Shown here piece after piece: positions 1 through 13,291 of a DNA stretch of 64,000 nucleotides. The translations under genes were made by a program, and so were the position numbers. A model generated the notes under the pieces. The model worked only from the letters and a program-made list of their open reading frames with translations. It was not told the DNA's origin and searched no databases. Position 1 is the stretch's first letter; every line of letters begins with the position of its first letter. This DNA is from Diplonema japonicum (taxonomy: Eukaryota; Protista; Euglenozoa: Diplonemea), in the NCBI GenBank assembly GCA_964019335.1, contig OZ025668.1, positions 558,001-622,000 of the forward strand. The letters are read 5' to 3'.

Positions 1-759
1 CCCTTATGGAGAAGTGCAACGGCACCCAAAATCACTGCAAATTTCGAAAAACAAGGCAAATCTCGAAAAGCTCCTGCCTGTGTAAACTCAGACGTGTTTT
101 CCATTGTCCGAACCTCACGATCGGCACCTCACAAAGTAAAAAGAAAAGAAAATGATGGGGGGGGGGGAGGGGACTTCCTCGTTACTCTGCGGTCGGTCAG
201 TGCCTTTACTTTTTTTTTTATTTGACAGAATCAAAAAAAAAGAAGACAAGCGAGTACCTTTGTACCCCCCCCTCTTTGTTTCCCTCCCACAAAAAAAAAA
301 ACCACATTCAGTAAAAGGAAAAAAAAAATGTGACGCGGGAAAGGGAAATAAAGCCGAAATGGTAGGGAGATATCAGAGAGAATTAAATACCAATAGAACT
401 TGTTTTCTTTTTTAGAAAAGAAGTGTCCCCCCCCCCCCAGCACGAAGCAGCTTCATCAGCTGAATGAAATGAGATGGTTCAATGATGCAGCCTTTTGCAG
501 ATTTTATTTGATTTATTTTGTGATAAATAACTCAACCTAATTATTTTGTCGGACGACAAACGACATGAACAAATTATTTCTTCTTCTCTTTTTTTTTTCT
601 TTCTTTCTTTTTTTGTAAAAATCCCCTTTTAACTTTGACATTCCGAATGACGAAACAACTTTTTTTTCCCCCCTTCTTAGCTCATTTTTTTTTCTCCTTT
701 TTTGGGGCAGCCTTGAGGAAAGGCTTTAAAAGCTGCACCCCCTCATAGAAAATAAAAAT

Positions 760-960
760 AAATATATGAGTTAAAGGAGGCCGGTGTTGGCGGCGCCCTG
801 CACAAGAACTGTCTACTTGATTACAGGGGGCGCACCGCGGCCGAGTTGTAGCTTCTTGTTCTTCCACTCGGGCGCTACCGGTGATGACGGACGAGGAGGT
901 CAACAGCGAACAACACATCTGATGTTTTTCTTATATTTTCATGTTATCCCCACCACCTGG
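760..960 (+). repeat. Dispersed repeat family R1, internally deleted and 3'-truncated copy
   Basis: Near-identical to 2441-2765 but jumps from 'gtagcttctt' directly to 'gttcttccactcggg', lacking ~125 nt of the middle. Confidence 0.9.
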
Positions 961-2440
961 AAATAAAGGACAGGCACTCCCCTCGCCATGCCTTCCTTTT
1001 TTCTTCTCCTTAGTTCCCCCCTCACTGGGAAAGTTACTGTCAAGGGGGAAGGAAAATTAAATAAGAACAGTAGAGGGGGGGGGGGGGGTCTAATGCAAGA
1101 AGGCGAACTGGGCATCACTGCCAAGAAAAGAAAAAAAAACCCCCTTCTAGTTTTTCATCATTCATACTTTTCTTTTTCTTTTTGGGAGGGGCCGCGGGAA
1201 AGGATCAACTGCTCCAGAGAAACCAGAGCGGGGAGGGGGGGGGCCAAAAATAAAATTGTTTTCAGAAGCCTATTTCTTTCATTTTTTTCTTTGGTTTCAC
1301 TCACTGAGCCTGCACAAAAAGAAAAAAAAAAAAAAAAAAAAAAACATTCGATTTTTTAACGTCAAAATGACACAAGTCAAAAAAGAATAGGGAAGAAGGA
1401 AAGTAAACAATAAAACCCGGTAGTTTTTTTTTTTTTTTTTTTTTTTTTTTTCTCTCTTTCAAAGAAAAGCAAAAAAAAAAAAAAAAAAGAAAGAAAAAAA
1501 AAAGAAAAAAAAACGCCAAAAATAAACCCCACTTTTGTGTGTGTGCGTGGTTTTTTTAAAACTTTTTTTTTTTGAGCTATTACATCCCCACAACAAAAAG
1601 ATTTAGTTGTAAACAGAAGAGAAGAAGTAAGGTGGAGAGTAGAGGGGAAAAAAAAAAAAAAAAGGAAATACTAACGAAGAGAAGAGAAAAAAAAACAGAA
1701 AGAAAAAATACATTGTTCTAATCTGGCACTTATTTATAGCAGACTGCACAGTGCATCTTAAACAGCTGTATCTAATCTATAAATAGTCTTTAGGACAAAT
1801 GTTTCGCTCACTCTGGGGGGTGACGTTAAAAAAAGGGGGGGGGGTGAACAGAACTACGGTGCCGTTCAACAAATAAAAAAAAGGAAGGGAGGAGATGATA
1901 AAAAAGAAAAAAAAAATGTGTGTGTTGTTGTGTGTGGCACAAAACCTGAACATAAGTACTTATTTCAAAAAAAAGGGGGGGATACTGTAATCAAAAAAAA
2001 ACCGTTTTTTTTTTTCATAATTATTATTACTGAGTCTTAAGCAAGACAGCCCAATCAACTACTGGCAGAAAATGTAGAAAACAAAGGTTCGCTCGACCAA
2101 GAGCTTCCACGAGGAATGCTGGAAGGGAATTCTTTAAAAAAATTTTTTCCCCCCAAGTAGAAGATAGTCATATACCATATTCACTAGAAGCATCTGCTTG
2201 CTCCTCATTGGAAAATACGGTCACCTCTCCACTACTGCCACATTCAAGTTTTTCTTCTCCCCCCCCCCCGGACCATATTTTCATTTTTTTTGAAACAAAA
2301 CCAGCAGGATAAAAAAAAGGAGGGGTGTAAAGAAAAACTTGGAATAGAAAAAAAATTTATATCCCCCCCAAAAAAAAGAGAAGATACGAACGAGCTAAAA
2401 GGGGAAAAAAAAGGGGGGGGAGGGAGAATAAAATAAAAAA

Positions 2441-2840
2441 GAATATATGAGTTAAAGGAGGCCGGTGTTGGCGGCGCCCTGCACAAGAACTGTCTACTTG
2501 ATTACAGGGGGCGCACCGCGGCCGAGTTGTAGCTTCTTCTGCGTTCCGCGTCGTGTCCTTAATGCGTGCGGTGTACAGCTCAACCCCAGCCGGTGCGTCC
2601 CGGGTAACCAAGATTCTGCGCTCGTGCAGTTTGCTACCTGTTCGTCACCCTGAGCATCTGCATGATGTTCTTCCACTCGGGCGCTACCGGTGATGACCGA
2701 CGAGGAGGTCAACAGCGAACAACACATCTGATGTTTTTCTTATATTTTCATGTTATCCCCACCACCAAAGAAAATGCCCAACAATGGTAGCAGCGGTGTA
2801 CCCTCTGCTCCACTAAGGTGGAAGAAAAAAGAGAAGAAAA
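2441..2840 (+). repeat. Dispersed repeat R1 (~400 bp, A-rich right end; SINE/retroposon-like)
   Basis: Near-identical copy at 19863-20260, partial copies at 760 and 63765; both long copies end in 'ggtggaagaaaaaagagaagaaaa'. Confidence 0.85.
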
Positions 2841-2858
2841 TTGTCCCCTCAAAAAATA

Positions 2859-5800
2859 CTACGAAAGTAAAAACGGGCTTGAACGGAGAGAGTGTGCTGA
2901 AGGACGGTCAGACGCCTTTCTCTTGAAACACCGTTTTGCAAAGTTAGAGACTTCCCAGTTTACGGTGGACGGCACGTGTGGCACCATTGTCTCCTTGTAC
3001 AAAAGTTTATCGGTGAAGGCCTGCTGGTTGTAACCTCCAGCAAGTTCGCTTTTCCACGTAACGTGAAGCTCTCCAAAAGCAAGCTCTATAACAATAATCC
3101 CAACAGCCCAGATGTCAGATTCGTAACGAATATCTCCATTGCAAGCTTCAGGAGACATGTAAAGCGGTGTTCCCACAACCTTCATCTGATCCTTTGTAAT
3201 GGTAGTGAGCACAGCAGCAGCGCCAAAATCAGCAAGCTTACACTGTCCTTCCGGGGTCATCAAAACATTATGCGGTTTCAAGTCACGGTGGACAATTTTG
3301 TTTTTGTGTAGAAACTCCAAACCGGCCAAGATGGACACGGTATACCGTTTGACCACCGCCAAGGGGATCTCGCCGAAATCCTTGATAACTCTGTCTAAGG
3401 AACCCCCTGAAACGTATTCCATGATGATGATGACGAACCCGTTCACGACAGATGAGCCCAGATACGATACGACAGAGTCGTGCTTTAGATCATTGAGGAT
3501 GTCCACTTCGCGTTGCAGCTCGTCGATATGCCTTAGCAGCCGGGTGTCTTCCTCCACCATGACTTGTGTTGTTTTTGGCAGTCTGACCATTTTAAATGCT
3601 GCTAGCGTCCCTTCGCCGCCTTCCATGCCAAGCGCCACTTCACCGTACCCACCCGACCCGATGTGCTTCTTCGACTTGAGCCATTCCCTGTTATTCGATT
3701 GGAACCTTATGAGATGCTTTGCGTGGAAGTGTCCAGGTGCAGATGTTTGCATTTCGATCTGCTTCCTCAGCGGGACCGATTCGCGTGCCGACGTCACTAC
3801 TTCCTGTCCTTCCAAGCTATCCTCGTCAAGAGCCGGTTGGGAGTTTTCCACCGCGCGGCGGACTTCAACAGGTAGCTCCACCTCATTGCATGCGTCTTCT
3901 AAGTTCTGCCATCCAAGGCTTTTCCTGCAATATTCATTCCCCGCTGTGTTGCCCATTGCCAGGCGCAGCAATCGCATGGACTGCTTGTCTGTCGGAACGT
4001 TGATGACGCACGTTGAGAACTTCTCGCACGCCTCTGTGTACTTCATTTCTTTGATGGCGCTGAAGCCCTCCACGTACCCTGTCTTGAAGCTGTCGCCGAA
4101 GTCGCGGTTCATCAACTCGTAGACAGTGTCCTGGCCCACGGGCTCCCTTTCGGGGTCAGGCGGCAGGCTGATGACGTCCACAGGTCGTCCCTTGATCGTT
4201 GACCTCACCTTGTCATACGTGTCGCCGGAGGCGACGATGCGGACCTTCAAACGGCGGCCCAGGTTGGCCAGCGCTGCAGCCAGCCCGACAGGCTCGCCCA
4301 CGATGACAGAAGCACGGTGCTTAGCGGCACCTGCTATCCCCACCTGCACAACGCCTGTTACAATGGCCAGCCCCCACCATCCAACCTGTCCCTTCGTGTT
4401 GTTCGCCAGTGCGCTTGCAATCGCTAGGGCACAGTCAGCGCCCTGTGTGTGTGTGTGTGGTGTTTTTCTTTCCCATACATGTTGTGTGTGCAATGGGCAT
4501 GGCACGTGGGTGTTCCATGCAAGCAGAACACCGCTTCCCACAACCTGCAGCGTTACGCTCTCGAACTGCCGGCCCACATCTAGAACCGTCTCCACAAAGG
4601 CGGACTGTTTGTTTTTAAGGTGGTGTTGCATTGCATACCAGCTTCTGACCAGAAATGTTCTGTGTGGAGTCGAGCTCCGCCAGGACAAGGGTGGCCGTGC
4701 GGGATCGGAGGCGGCGCTCGCGCCCCTGAAGCATCAGGAACTTAGCGTTGTTGGCAACAGACGTGCTGGAAGATTGCGTGGTGGCCTTGTCATCGCATGT
4801 TTCGATTGTGCACGTGGACTGGATGTCTGTCCTTGGGGTCTGCGGCCTGCCTTCCAAGTCGTTGTCGTCTTCAGACATAGGGCGCTCTAATGGGTTCATT
4901 GGCATGTTGTCAGAAAACTCCTTCCCCGTGGCCTTTCGCACACATTCGGGGATGAAGGGTCTGTACGCAAACAGCCAGTCAATCATTCTGTCGAACGACT
5001 CTGATATCTTGCTCACCTCCATCACAACAGGTGTCCCCATCTTGCTCTTTATCTCATTGGCCTCTTCCAGCCCTTCCATCGTTCCAGCTTGCTCCAGGGC
5101 CTTTGCAATGATTATCAATGGCCTGGCGATGAGCATCACCTCCACCAGGGCTAACATGATGTCCACAAAGAACACAAGTGACACGAATATGAGTAAGTAC
5201 GTCAACGCCTTGTTCACCTTGTCCTGCACCACGGAGGCAGGCCTCAGCCAGATCACAACAACATTCACGCCAGGGATCCCTTCGGGGGTGCGGATAACTT
5301 CAGATCTTCTGATGAAGTTCTTGGTCCCGCCCACTGTTTTGTCATGGAAGGAGGTGTACTGTAGCCCGCCGCCGGATAGCTTCTGTTGTCTTCTTTCTTC
5401 AAGCAAGAATTCAGTTGCGTCCCTGGCAGCGGTGTCCTGCAGTTCGGTGTAACGCAGCGCACAGGTATCGTTTACTGCTACGGTTTCACCGTTGCTGTTG
5501 AAGGCGCATGATTGGTTCACAACTTCCTCTTTATCGCCTAGTGAAGACGAGGCGAAGACCCAGTTGGTGTCAGCATCGACAACTACGACCGTGTCCAATG
5601 GGTAGGTGTTCTTGTGCTCGTCGATAACCCTCTTCCAGTCGGGATAGATGAAGTATGTCTGCACTACAACAGACCCGCACTTCGACAAAGGGTTGTTCAC
5701 GTCGGTAGGTGGCGCGTAAAGGTGGTCGTAGGCTTGGAAGTTGTAGAATACATTGCTGCTGGTGCTTCTTGTGGTCCAGGTTTGGGGGTCGCGCCAGCGA

Positions 5801-6438
5801 AAATAGTCCCCAGCAGTGCCATTCCAGCCCTTCGGGGTTAATATGTCATCCCAGCTATTCATAGCAGTATTGGCAAGGCCGAAGTCGAAGGAGTAGAGTA
5901 TCGGTGCCTCCTGCACTTCGCCGGTGTGGCGATCCAGCTTCCTGACGTTGACGGGGAGGGGTTCGCCTTGGTCTCTGCTGGCAACAACGAATATTTTTTC
6001 GTTCGCATCAGTTGCGTCATCTGGTGTGTTGTCCCTCTGGTCGTACCACACGTGGTAGTAGGACCAGCCCCCTGGGTCTTGCTGTATCAAACTTTTGTCC
6101 AAGCAAACAAGACCAATTTCCTGCAACACGCCGTCTGTTGAATTGATGCGTGCAAGTGCCATCCACTTCAGGATGTCTAGATGCGGGTTGTCGTCGCTGT
6201 AGCTGCTGAAGTTCATGTTCCACAAGAACGTCTTCAAGGACGCAGCAACCTTCGGCGGCTGTTCGTAGAACTCAGCCAGCTCGTTCGCCACGATTTCCGT
6301 CTGCGCTTCACTGATGTCCATCACAGTCTCCTTCAAGCTCGCCAGCGACTCCCAATACATCAGCAGCCCACCTGCCAGAGACGCTGCCGTCGAGAGGACG
6401 GTGGTGACGCACAGCACCCATTTGATCGCGATACGCAT
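2859..6438 (-). CDS. Receptor-like kinase: TM - extracellular sensor - TM - HAMP-like - degenerate class III cyclase - STE11/MAP3K-type kinase; introns 4605-4638 and 4443-4478
   Basis: Removing the GTATGC..ACAG intron (34 nt) joins ORFs 4615-6690 and 2859-4688 (QKL|SAFV). Kinase motifs GSGGYG, AFK, HRDLKPHN, DFG, GTPLYMSPE, DIWAVG. Two hydrophobic helices; YRPFIP precedes a cyclase-like segment. Confidence 0.9.
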
Positions 6439-6578
6439 ATTACAGAAGGAGCACTTCCTTCTCCTGTGGGGAGGGTGAGCGTGAATATAAAAACCAGGCC
6501 GCGGAAGAGTTAAATAACAAAACAAAAAAGAAGAAAAAAACAAAGGTACAAAGTAACCATTTAACAAACCGCCTTTCT

Positions 6579-7292
6579 CTACAACGGAACGTGTCGCGAC
6601 CCAGACTGCGGGCAGAACGGCGTCGGGGCAGCCAAGTCCTGGCCGCAATGCGGGCAAAACAAATCCTTCTGTTTTTGGGTACGAAGGCAAGGGTTTAGAA
6701 TAGATGCGGATTTAGAATGCCGATGCAGCCAAACATTATTTCTCAGAGGGGATATAGGCGTGTTAGGTTTCGTCCTGGGGGACACGGGCGGGGAGCGGGA
6801 ACGGGAACGGGAATTAGCGCGCCATGGGCGTGGCCAGTGCTCAGGAGTGATCCTGCCGGTGGGTGCTGGAGGGGGCGGTGGGGGGGATCGCCCCCGTGAC
6901 CGTGATCGATGCCGTGCGGCGTAACCCATGAGGTCCCTGTACGCTCCCGTTCGCAGGGCAACCTCGGCCAGTCTCTTGCTCACAGCACGCGACACAACTG
7001 GCTGCGGTGGGTCCTCGTTGGGGACTCCATTGGCAAACCATACCTCCCTGCACACTTCTTTGTTCCCATCCTTCTCCTTCACTAGTACATCCCCTTCCAC
7101 CACATACCTCACCCACCCACCGCTAGTGCTCCTGTACTCCAACCCACTCGCCACTCCATTCACCATCTTTATCCGAACACCCCCCTCAACCGCCCACTTC
7201 GTCTCATCTCTACCGCACCACCCCGTCCATTCGCCTCTCTTGATGCCTTGCGGGCTGCGGCTCCTGCTCCTCCCCCTTGGTGTACGGATCAT
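6579..7292 (-). CDS. Hypothetical RS/Pro-rich protein with C-terminal zinc ribbon
   Basis: GC-rich open frame between AT-rich spacers; ends FCPHCG..PFCPQSGSRH; start Met chosen by eye. Confidence 0.65.
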   Translation of the reverse strand: MIRTPRGRSRSRSPQGIKRGEWTGWCGRDETKWAVEGGVRIKMVNGVASGLEYRSTSGGWVRYVVEGDVLVKEKDGNKEVCREVWFANGVPNEDPPQPVVSRAVSKRLAEVALRTGAYRDLMGYAARHRSRSRGRSPPPPPPAPTGRITPEHWPRPWRANSRSRSRSPPVSPRTKPNTPISPLRNNVWLHRHSKSASILNPCLRTQKQKDLFCPHCGQDLAAPTPFCPQSGSRHVPL

Positions 7293-7402
7293 CTCACCTG
7301 TTGGTGTCGGGTGTCCACTGAGAACAACGAGGGAAACCAAAAAATAAAAATACAAAGGCCACATAATAGCAGCGAATACTCTATTCTAGTCTAAAATATA
7401 CA

Positions 7403-10273
7403 TCAGATGAGGTTAATAGATGTGACAGGAATGGGGTGGTAGGGAGCGTGCGGGATGTGCAGCTCGGAGAGGGTTAGTGTGGTGTCGGTGACTGACGAGT
7501 CGGGGGAGGGACTGGGGCGGGAGCAGGACTTGGAAGCGAGGTCATTTTTAATGATGCGGGCAACGACGGAGGGGTCAGGCTGCGAGGGGTCCTGGGGCTT
7601 TGTGTGCGCAGAGACGCCTGTAGAGAGGGACGACTGACTGCGGGAGGACTGCCTTGCGGTGCTCATACTGGACGAGGGTGTAGTCGTCCTGCGCTGCCGT
7701 GCAGTGCCAGTAGTCGACGGCGGCGGGGGCGACACCACGTTATTGCTATTTTTATGAAGGTGTTCAATAGGCTGAACACGTTCAACAGACTCAATGCTCG
7801 GCTTGCTGTGCTTGCTCTGCATGTCGTTGCCTGCACGTGTGTTGACCTCTACCTCGCCTAACGCGCTCCTCACCCCCGACCGCAGGGCACTCAGCCGCCT
7901 CTCGATCCTCCTTGTTTCCTCCCTGTCCTCCCTCAGCTGCGCCTCGGCTTTCCTCATCTCCAACTCCTCGATTGTGCTGTTGAAGGTCAGGCTGCTTGGC
8001 TTCCTGTTTGGTACCGGTGGCGGCGGTGGGAGCCTCCCATTCCTTGGTGTCCCTCTGGTTGGTGTCTTATTGATATGGCCCATGTCGACGGGGACCACGT
8101 CCACTGGCACCACAGACTCCACCACAGGGCTAGCTGAATGCGTTCTATGCCCCGCACACCTCTCCCGCTCCAGCACAGCGTCCTCCCTCTGTTGCAGAAC
8201 CTCTCTGTATGCCTCGATCCTTTCTCGCTCTCTTGCTATCCTTTTCAGTTCTGCAGTCTGCCTGTGGTTATCGTGAACCACTTCCCGCGACCTGCCCTCC
8301 AGCTCTTTGCTCCTAGCCTCAACCATTTTTTCTTTTTCCATAACTTTCTCATTCCGTGTCTCCAAGCGCAATGCCTGTGGCATGTGTGTACTGTGTCCCT
8401 CGCAACGCATACCTCTTCGAAGGCTGTTCGCTGGTCTTCTTCTAACTTTTGCAGATCGGCTTCTACCGTCTTTATCTTTGTTTCCAACTCCTTTTGAATT
8501 CGTTCTTGCCTGTGTAGTGTTGCTTGTTGGATTGTCTGCATACAATGCTTTCTGTGCAGCTAGCCGCTCCTTTTCCTTCTTCACAAGAGCTTCGTCTTGC
8601 TGAAGCTGTTGTTCTCTCCTCTCCAAGTTGGCTGCCTGCATCTCTGCTGTTGCTTGGAATTGCGTCTTTCTCGATTTCAGCACTGACTGAAGCCTTTCAT
8701 TCCTTGTCTTCTCCCTCGTGAGTTCGTTCTTCATTTTCGCCAGTTCTTGGACATGGCTCGTGTCCTTTTGCTTGGGCGACGCGGAAGCTGAACGCTTCCT
8801 ACTTGTGCTTTTCTCCTTCTGTGGTGTAGTTGTTGGTTGTTGTTGTTTTTGTGTACCTCCTGAAACTGCTTGAGTTCTTCTTTGCAGAGCGTTAGTTCCG
8901 TGGAGAACTGTCGCTTCGATGCACGCAGTGACCTGTGGTGTGGTGTGGTGTGGTGTGGTGTGATGGTGTTGGTACATACGCCCTCTCTTGCTCAAGCGAC
9001 TTGATGGTTTGCCTCATAGCATCGAGCTCCTTGCTCTGTTTGGTGATCAGGGCCACGCTTTCCTCGTGCTTGATGCGCATCTCCTTGCAAGCCGCCGTCG
9101 ACGTCGCTTCGCTCTCCCGCTGCTGTCGTGTCTGGTGCCTCTCCCGAGACCGCTCTGCTTGTATGGTGCGGTTGGCCTGTCGTGTTTTTGTGTTTGTGTT
9201 GCATAGCACACCTCGTCTTTCACGTGTGTTATTTGCTGCTTCAATTGTTCCACAGTTTTGTTGAATTTGTCGTCCTGCACTCGTTTGTACTGGTCATGCA
9301 TGTTGCGTGCCTTCGCAAGCTCTGCGCGGTGCACGCTCAGGAGGACTGTCTCAGGCGTACTGCGCTCGGAGGGGGAGGGGGCGGAAGGCGTACGGCTCCT
9401 GTTTGCAAGGAGACGGGAGCCAGCTGCAGGGGGTGCGAGAGGGGAGCGTGGCCCGGAGCGAGAGCGAGAGCGCGACGAGGTGTGGGTTTTGAGGAAGTCG
9501 GGGGGGCCCTCGAGGGTGCCGTGGGGTGAGGGGGGTTGCGTGGACCGGCTGGGCGCGCGGTAAGAAGGGGTGGGGGCAGGGGCAGTGGCGACAGGCTGTG
9601 GGGCAGGGGAAGAAATATGCTCGTTGTGCGCAGGGAGAATAGGAGCGAGCTCACCATCGACAAGCACACAAGTGTTGAGAGGAGACTGCTTGTCATAAGA
9701 GCTGCCTTTGTGCTCCGAAGCCTCGCTAGGATCTTCAGCAGGATACAGCACAGCGTCAAAGTCATTCGCCCGCACACTGTGGTCAAAAAGAGGCGCAAGC
9801 GTTGATTTATCATCGTGGTCGTGGTCACTTGCAGGCAAAGGCGACCTGACTGTCTTGATGACGAAGTCAGTGTCGGGCTCGGGGTCAGATACGAGCCCAG
9901 ATTCGTTGACCAGGCATGCCTTCTGCGTTTCCATATCTTCGTAGAAAGACCTTCGCTTCTCTTTCCAAGTGTTCTCCGGCTGCGGTGAGTCAAGAGGCGT
10001 CCCAAAACCTCGCATCTTCGCAGCGTCGAATGTTTCACGCTTTTTGTTCGCTTCCTTGCATATCCCTTCGTGCACCGACACCCTTGACACGGAAAAGGTC
10101 CTGCAACAAAATCTGCACTGTGTTAACTCCCCTTCACCTGCCTTGTCTTCTGCTTTTTCTTTCTCTTTTGTAGCCTTCTTCGCACATGACTTCTCATGGA
10201 ACTTGAGGCTCCCGCTGGTAAACAACAACCCGCACAGCGCACAGGGTAGCATCTTAGGACCCCCCCCATCCAT
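7403..10273 (-). CDS. C2HC zinc-finger (zf-C2HC_2-like) plus coiled-coil protein; introns 9177-9211, 8933-8979, 8819-8856, 8510-8543, 8375-8412
   Basis: CALCGLLFTSGSLKFHEKSC and CRFCCRTFSVSRVSVHEGIC; five GT..CAG micro-introns stitch the frames into one continuous coiled-coil reading frame. Confidence 0.85.
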
Positions 10274-12384
10274 CTTTTCCTGTAGAAAAAAATGATGATA
10301 CCGAAAAAGTGGGAGAAGAGAATAAAAAAGAAAAGAAAATGCGATTGTTCGCAAAGAAATACCGCAAAAGTCAGGCGACTGTCTTTCCTCGTACGTGCAC
10401 CTGCACCGCTATGGGCTGGCATTGTAGGCTTACGTGAAGTAATATGCAGTTTAAGCCATGGGGTAAAGAAGAGGGGGAAAGAAAAATACGGATACAAAAC
10501 GATTAGCGGGTTCTGTCTTAAAAAAATACAGGGCACGTCTTATCATGCGTGAAGGTTGTTCTTGTCTTCTTTTTTTTTTTTAAAGTTGTGTTTTAAGACA
10601 GGAAATGCAAGGTCGCTATGTCTGATGCCTACTCTGCGGAGTTCACCTGCAACAGCACAGCGAGGGCAAGGACGTTTCCCTGAGGAGCAGCCACTTACGT
10701 CCCAACAGGTAGAAGGAAAACAAGGAATTAAAAAAAAATATATGAGTTAAAGGAAGTCTTTGTGAGACGCCCCCTTGTTCTCATCTTCTACCTGCACCTA
10801 TCCCCTTTCAGCAGCGGTTTCTCCTCCTTTGGTGGTCTTGCCGGCCTTCTCCCCAGCCTGGCCGTTTCTCTTCGTTCTCTCGCCCATTGTCCTTTCAACG
10901 CCTCTAGGTCATGCTTGGTCTTCGGTGATGCAAATATCGCCCTCCTGTTCCATCCGATCACCGCCTTTGTCCTCCCGATGGATCGTAGTGTGTGCACCCT
11001 TGTGCTCGGCTCAGCTGGGAAGGCCCTCCTTCCTTGAAAAAAGAAAAAAAGAAATCGAGGGGGGAAGGGAGGAGGGACAAAACAAGACCACCCAAGAATT
11101 TTGATATTTTTTTCTTGTTAAAATACTTTCTTTTTCTTTTTTTTTTTTTTTCCGCTTCCACTTTCTTTCGGTACATCGAAGGGAGAAGAAGAGGGAGTGG
11201 GCAAAGAAAAAAAAAGGAGAAAAACAAAAAGGAAAAAAAAAAAAGGCCTCGTGATCGGGGCAAAAGAAAAGTGCGACAAGTGCTCAGCATCGCCGGAGTT
11301 TCTTGCTTTCACCTGTGGCCCTTGCTCACTCCAAGTAATTGTTGTTTTTTTATTTGTTTTTTTTGGGGGGTGTTAGGGTGTGATTTTTTTTTGATTTCTC
11401 TAAACAAGCTAGGAAAAACAAAAGAGTGAAGCTCTTCCTTTTTTTTTTTTTTTTTTTTTCTTTTTTGAGGCAAAATCTCAGCTTAAGAGGTCGTGGTAGC
11501 ATAAAAAAAAAAAAATTTTTTTTTAAAGAGATAAAGAGAGGGGAGGAGAGGAAGAAAAAGAAAAACGTCAGTTTTAACCTGAATTAGTTTATTTTGTTTT
11601 CTCTCCTCTCTTACTTTGTTTAAAAACCAGCTCACCAACCTCCAGTGCACAATCCACAACCAGAGGTTTCAGCTTCTATGATTTCAAATAAAAACAGAAA
11701 GAAGGAAAACAACAAGAGGAACAGAATTTTGCGAACTTTCTAACACATACTTGAAAAAAAAAAGAGAAAAAAAAAACCCCCCCAGTGTTCGCAAATAAAC
11801 ATTTTGTTAAACTTTACAGTACTTTTGTATTTTTTTTTAAGTGTTCACATGAGGTGTTTATTTATTTCGATTGGTTTTTCTTTTCTTTCACCCCCCCCCC
11901 CTTTCTTTTTTGTTCTGTCAAAACATATTTCTTTTTTGAGTCGGCAACAGATACAAAAAAAGGAGGAGAGGGGGGGAGAAGGGAAGGAGGGAGGGTAAGA
12001 GGGGGAGGGCAAACAACACCCCACCCCACACCCTTTCTTTTCTCTTCGAAACGATTATAGCTTGCAATTGTAGTGATACCATAACCTAAAGTGCTTTACT
12101 TAAAATTGTCGTATTTCCATCTCCTTTCTTTCTTTCTTTTTTTTTTTCCCCCTCTTCTTCCTAACGGAAAAGTATATTCTGGCGGTCAAGGGAAAAAAAA
12201 ACTATTCTTTTAAGGTATGCGTTTTTGCGCTCACCGGCCGCGCTGTACTTAGTAGAAAAAAAAAAAAAAAAAAAAGGAACTGGCCGTTGTTTGTACGTGC
12301 CGGGTAACACCTGGAGAAGTTTGCCAACCCGAAACACGTTGCCAACGTTCCCCTTTTGTTTAGACAAGTCAAAGACTTGTTCTT

Positions 12385-12430
<46 letters not shown>

Positions 12431-12504
12431 CCGCGCTTTCAATTAGACTACACGAAAGTAGAGGTCTCTGCATTGGCATAAAAAGTACCATGCAAAGAAG
12501 AAAA

Positions 12505-12559
12505 AGAAGAAGAAGAAGAAGAAGAAGAAGAAGAAGAAGAAGAAGAAGAAGAAGAAGAA
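12505..12559. repeat. (AAG)n microsatellite
   Basis: Direct inspection. Confidence 0.95.
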
Positions 12560-13291
12560 AAATGCCCCCCCTTTTTTTTGCCGTCACCACGCGGTTTTAT
12601 TCCATCCTATCCCCGTACTGAGGGCATACGGATTCCTACTGGATCAGGGGGGGGGGGGGGGGGGTTGACAATATTCTAAATCAACAATGAATTTAATAAA
12701 TATCGGGGTAAAAAAAAAAAAGAGAGAGAGAGAAAACAGCAGAACCAACAGGATAACCTTTAAGTTTTTCCGGGCTAAATATACATCCCGAAACCAAGCT
12801 GGGAACGCCTTCCAAAATGAGTGGAGAACACTTGCAGGCACAACCCCTATCCAGTGTATCCGTTTTTGCAAAAAAGTCAAAAAAGCAAAACGTAAAAAGT
12901 TACCCTGATCTCTTGTTGTTTTCCAATAAGAAGGAAGAGAGAAATAATAAAAAAAAACCCCCCCTCCCCTTACAGCGTGAGGTGTAAAGTAAAACAACAA
13001 CGACAAAAAATCAGTAAGGGGGGAGGGGGGGGTTTTTTTTTTCTTCGTTGCATCTTTTATTTCAGTACTTTTTATCCTTAGTTCCCCCCCTGTTTTTTTT
13101 TTGAAAAAAAGAGGGCCATCAGGGGAAGGGGGTTGTGTTAGCAACCCACCAAAAAAAAAGGGGGGAAAGAGGGGGAAAGACCCCCCCTCCCGCCCTTTGC
13201 CAGATACGTATCTGCGCCCTGCGGTATATTAAAAGGTACACGGGCGTTAAATTGCTTTTATGTGCATGAATATATATACAAACATATATAT

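Noticed and set aside
2660-2733. Plus-strand C/D snoRNA in R1 (TGATG..TGATGA..CTGA)
   Set aside because: The putative box C is absent in the 760 and 63765 copies and no rRNA guide was recognised; AGA folds in R1 were also unconvincing
3199-5452. Long plus-strand ORFs (also 47107-48650 and others)
   Set aside because: Antisense shadows of well-supported minus-strand genes
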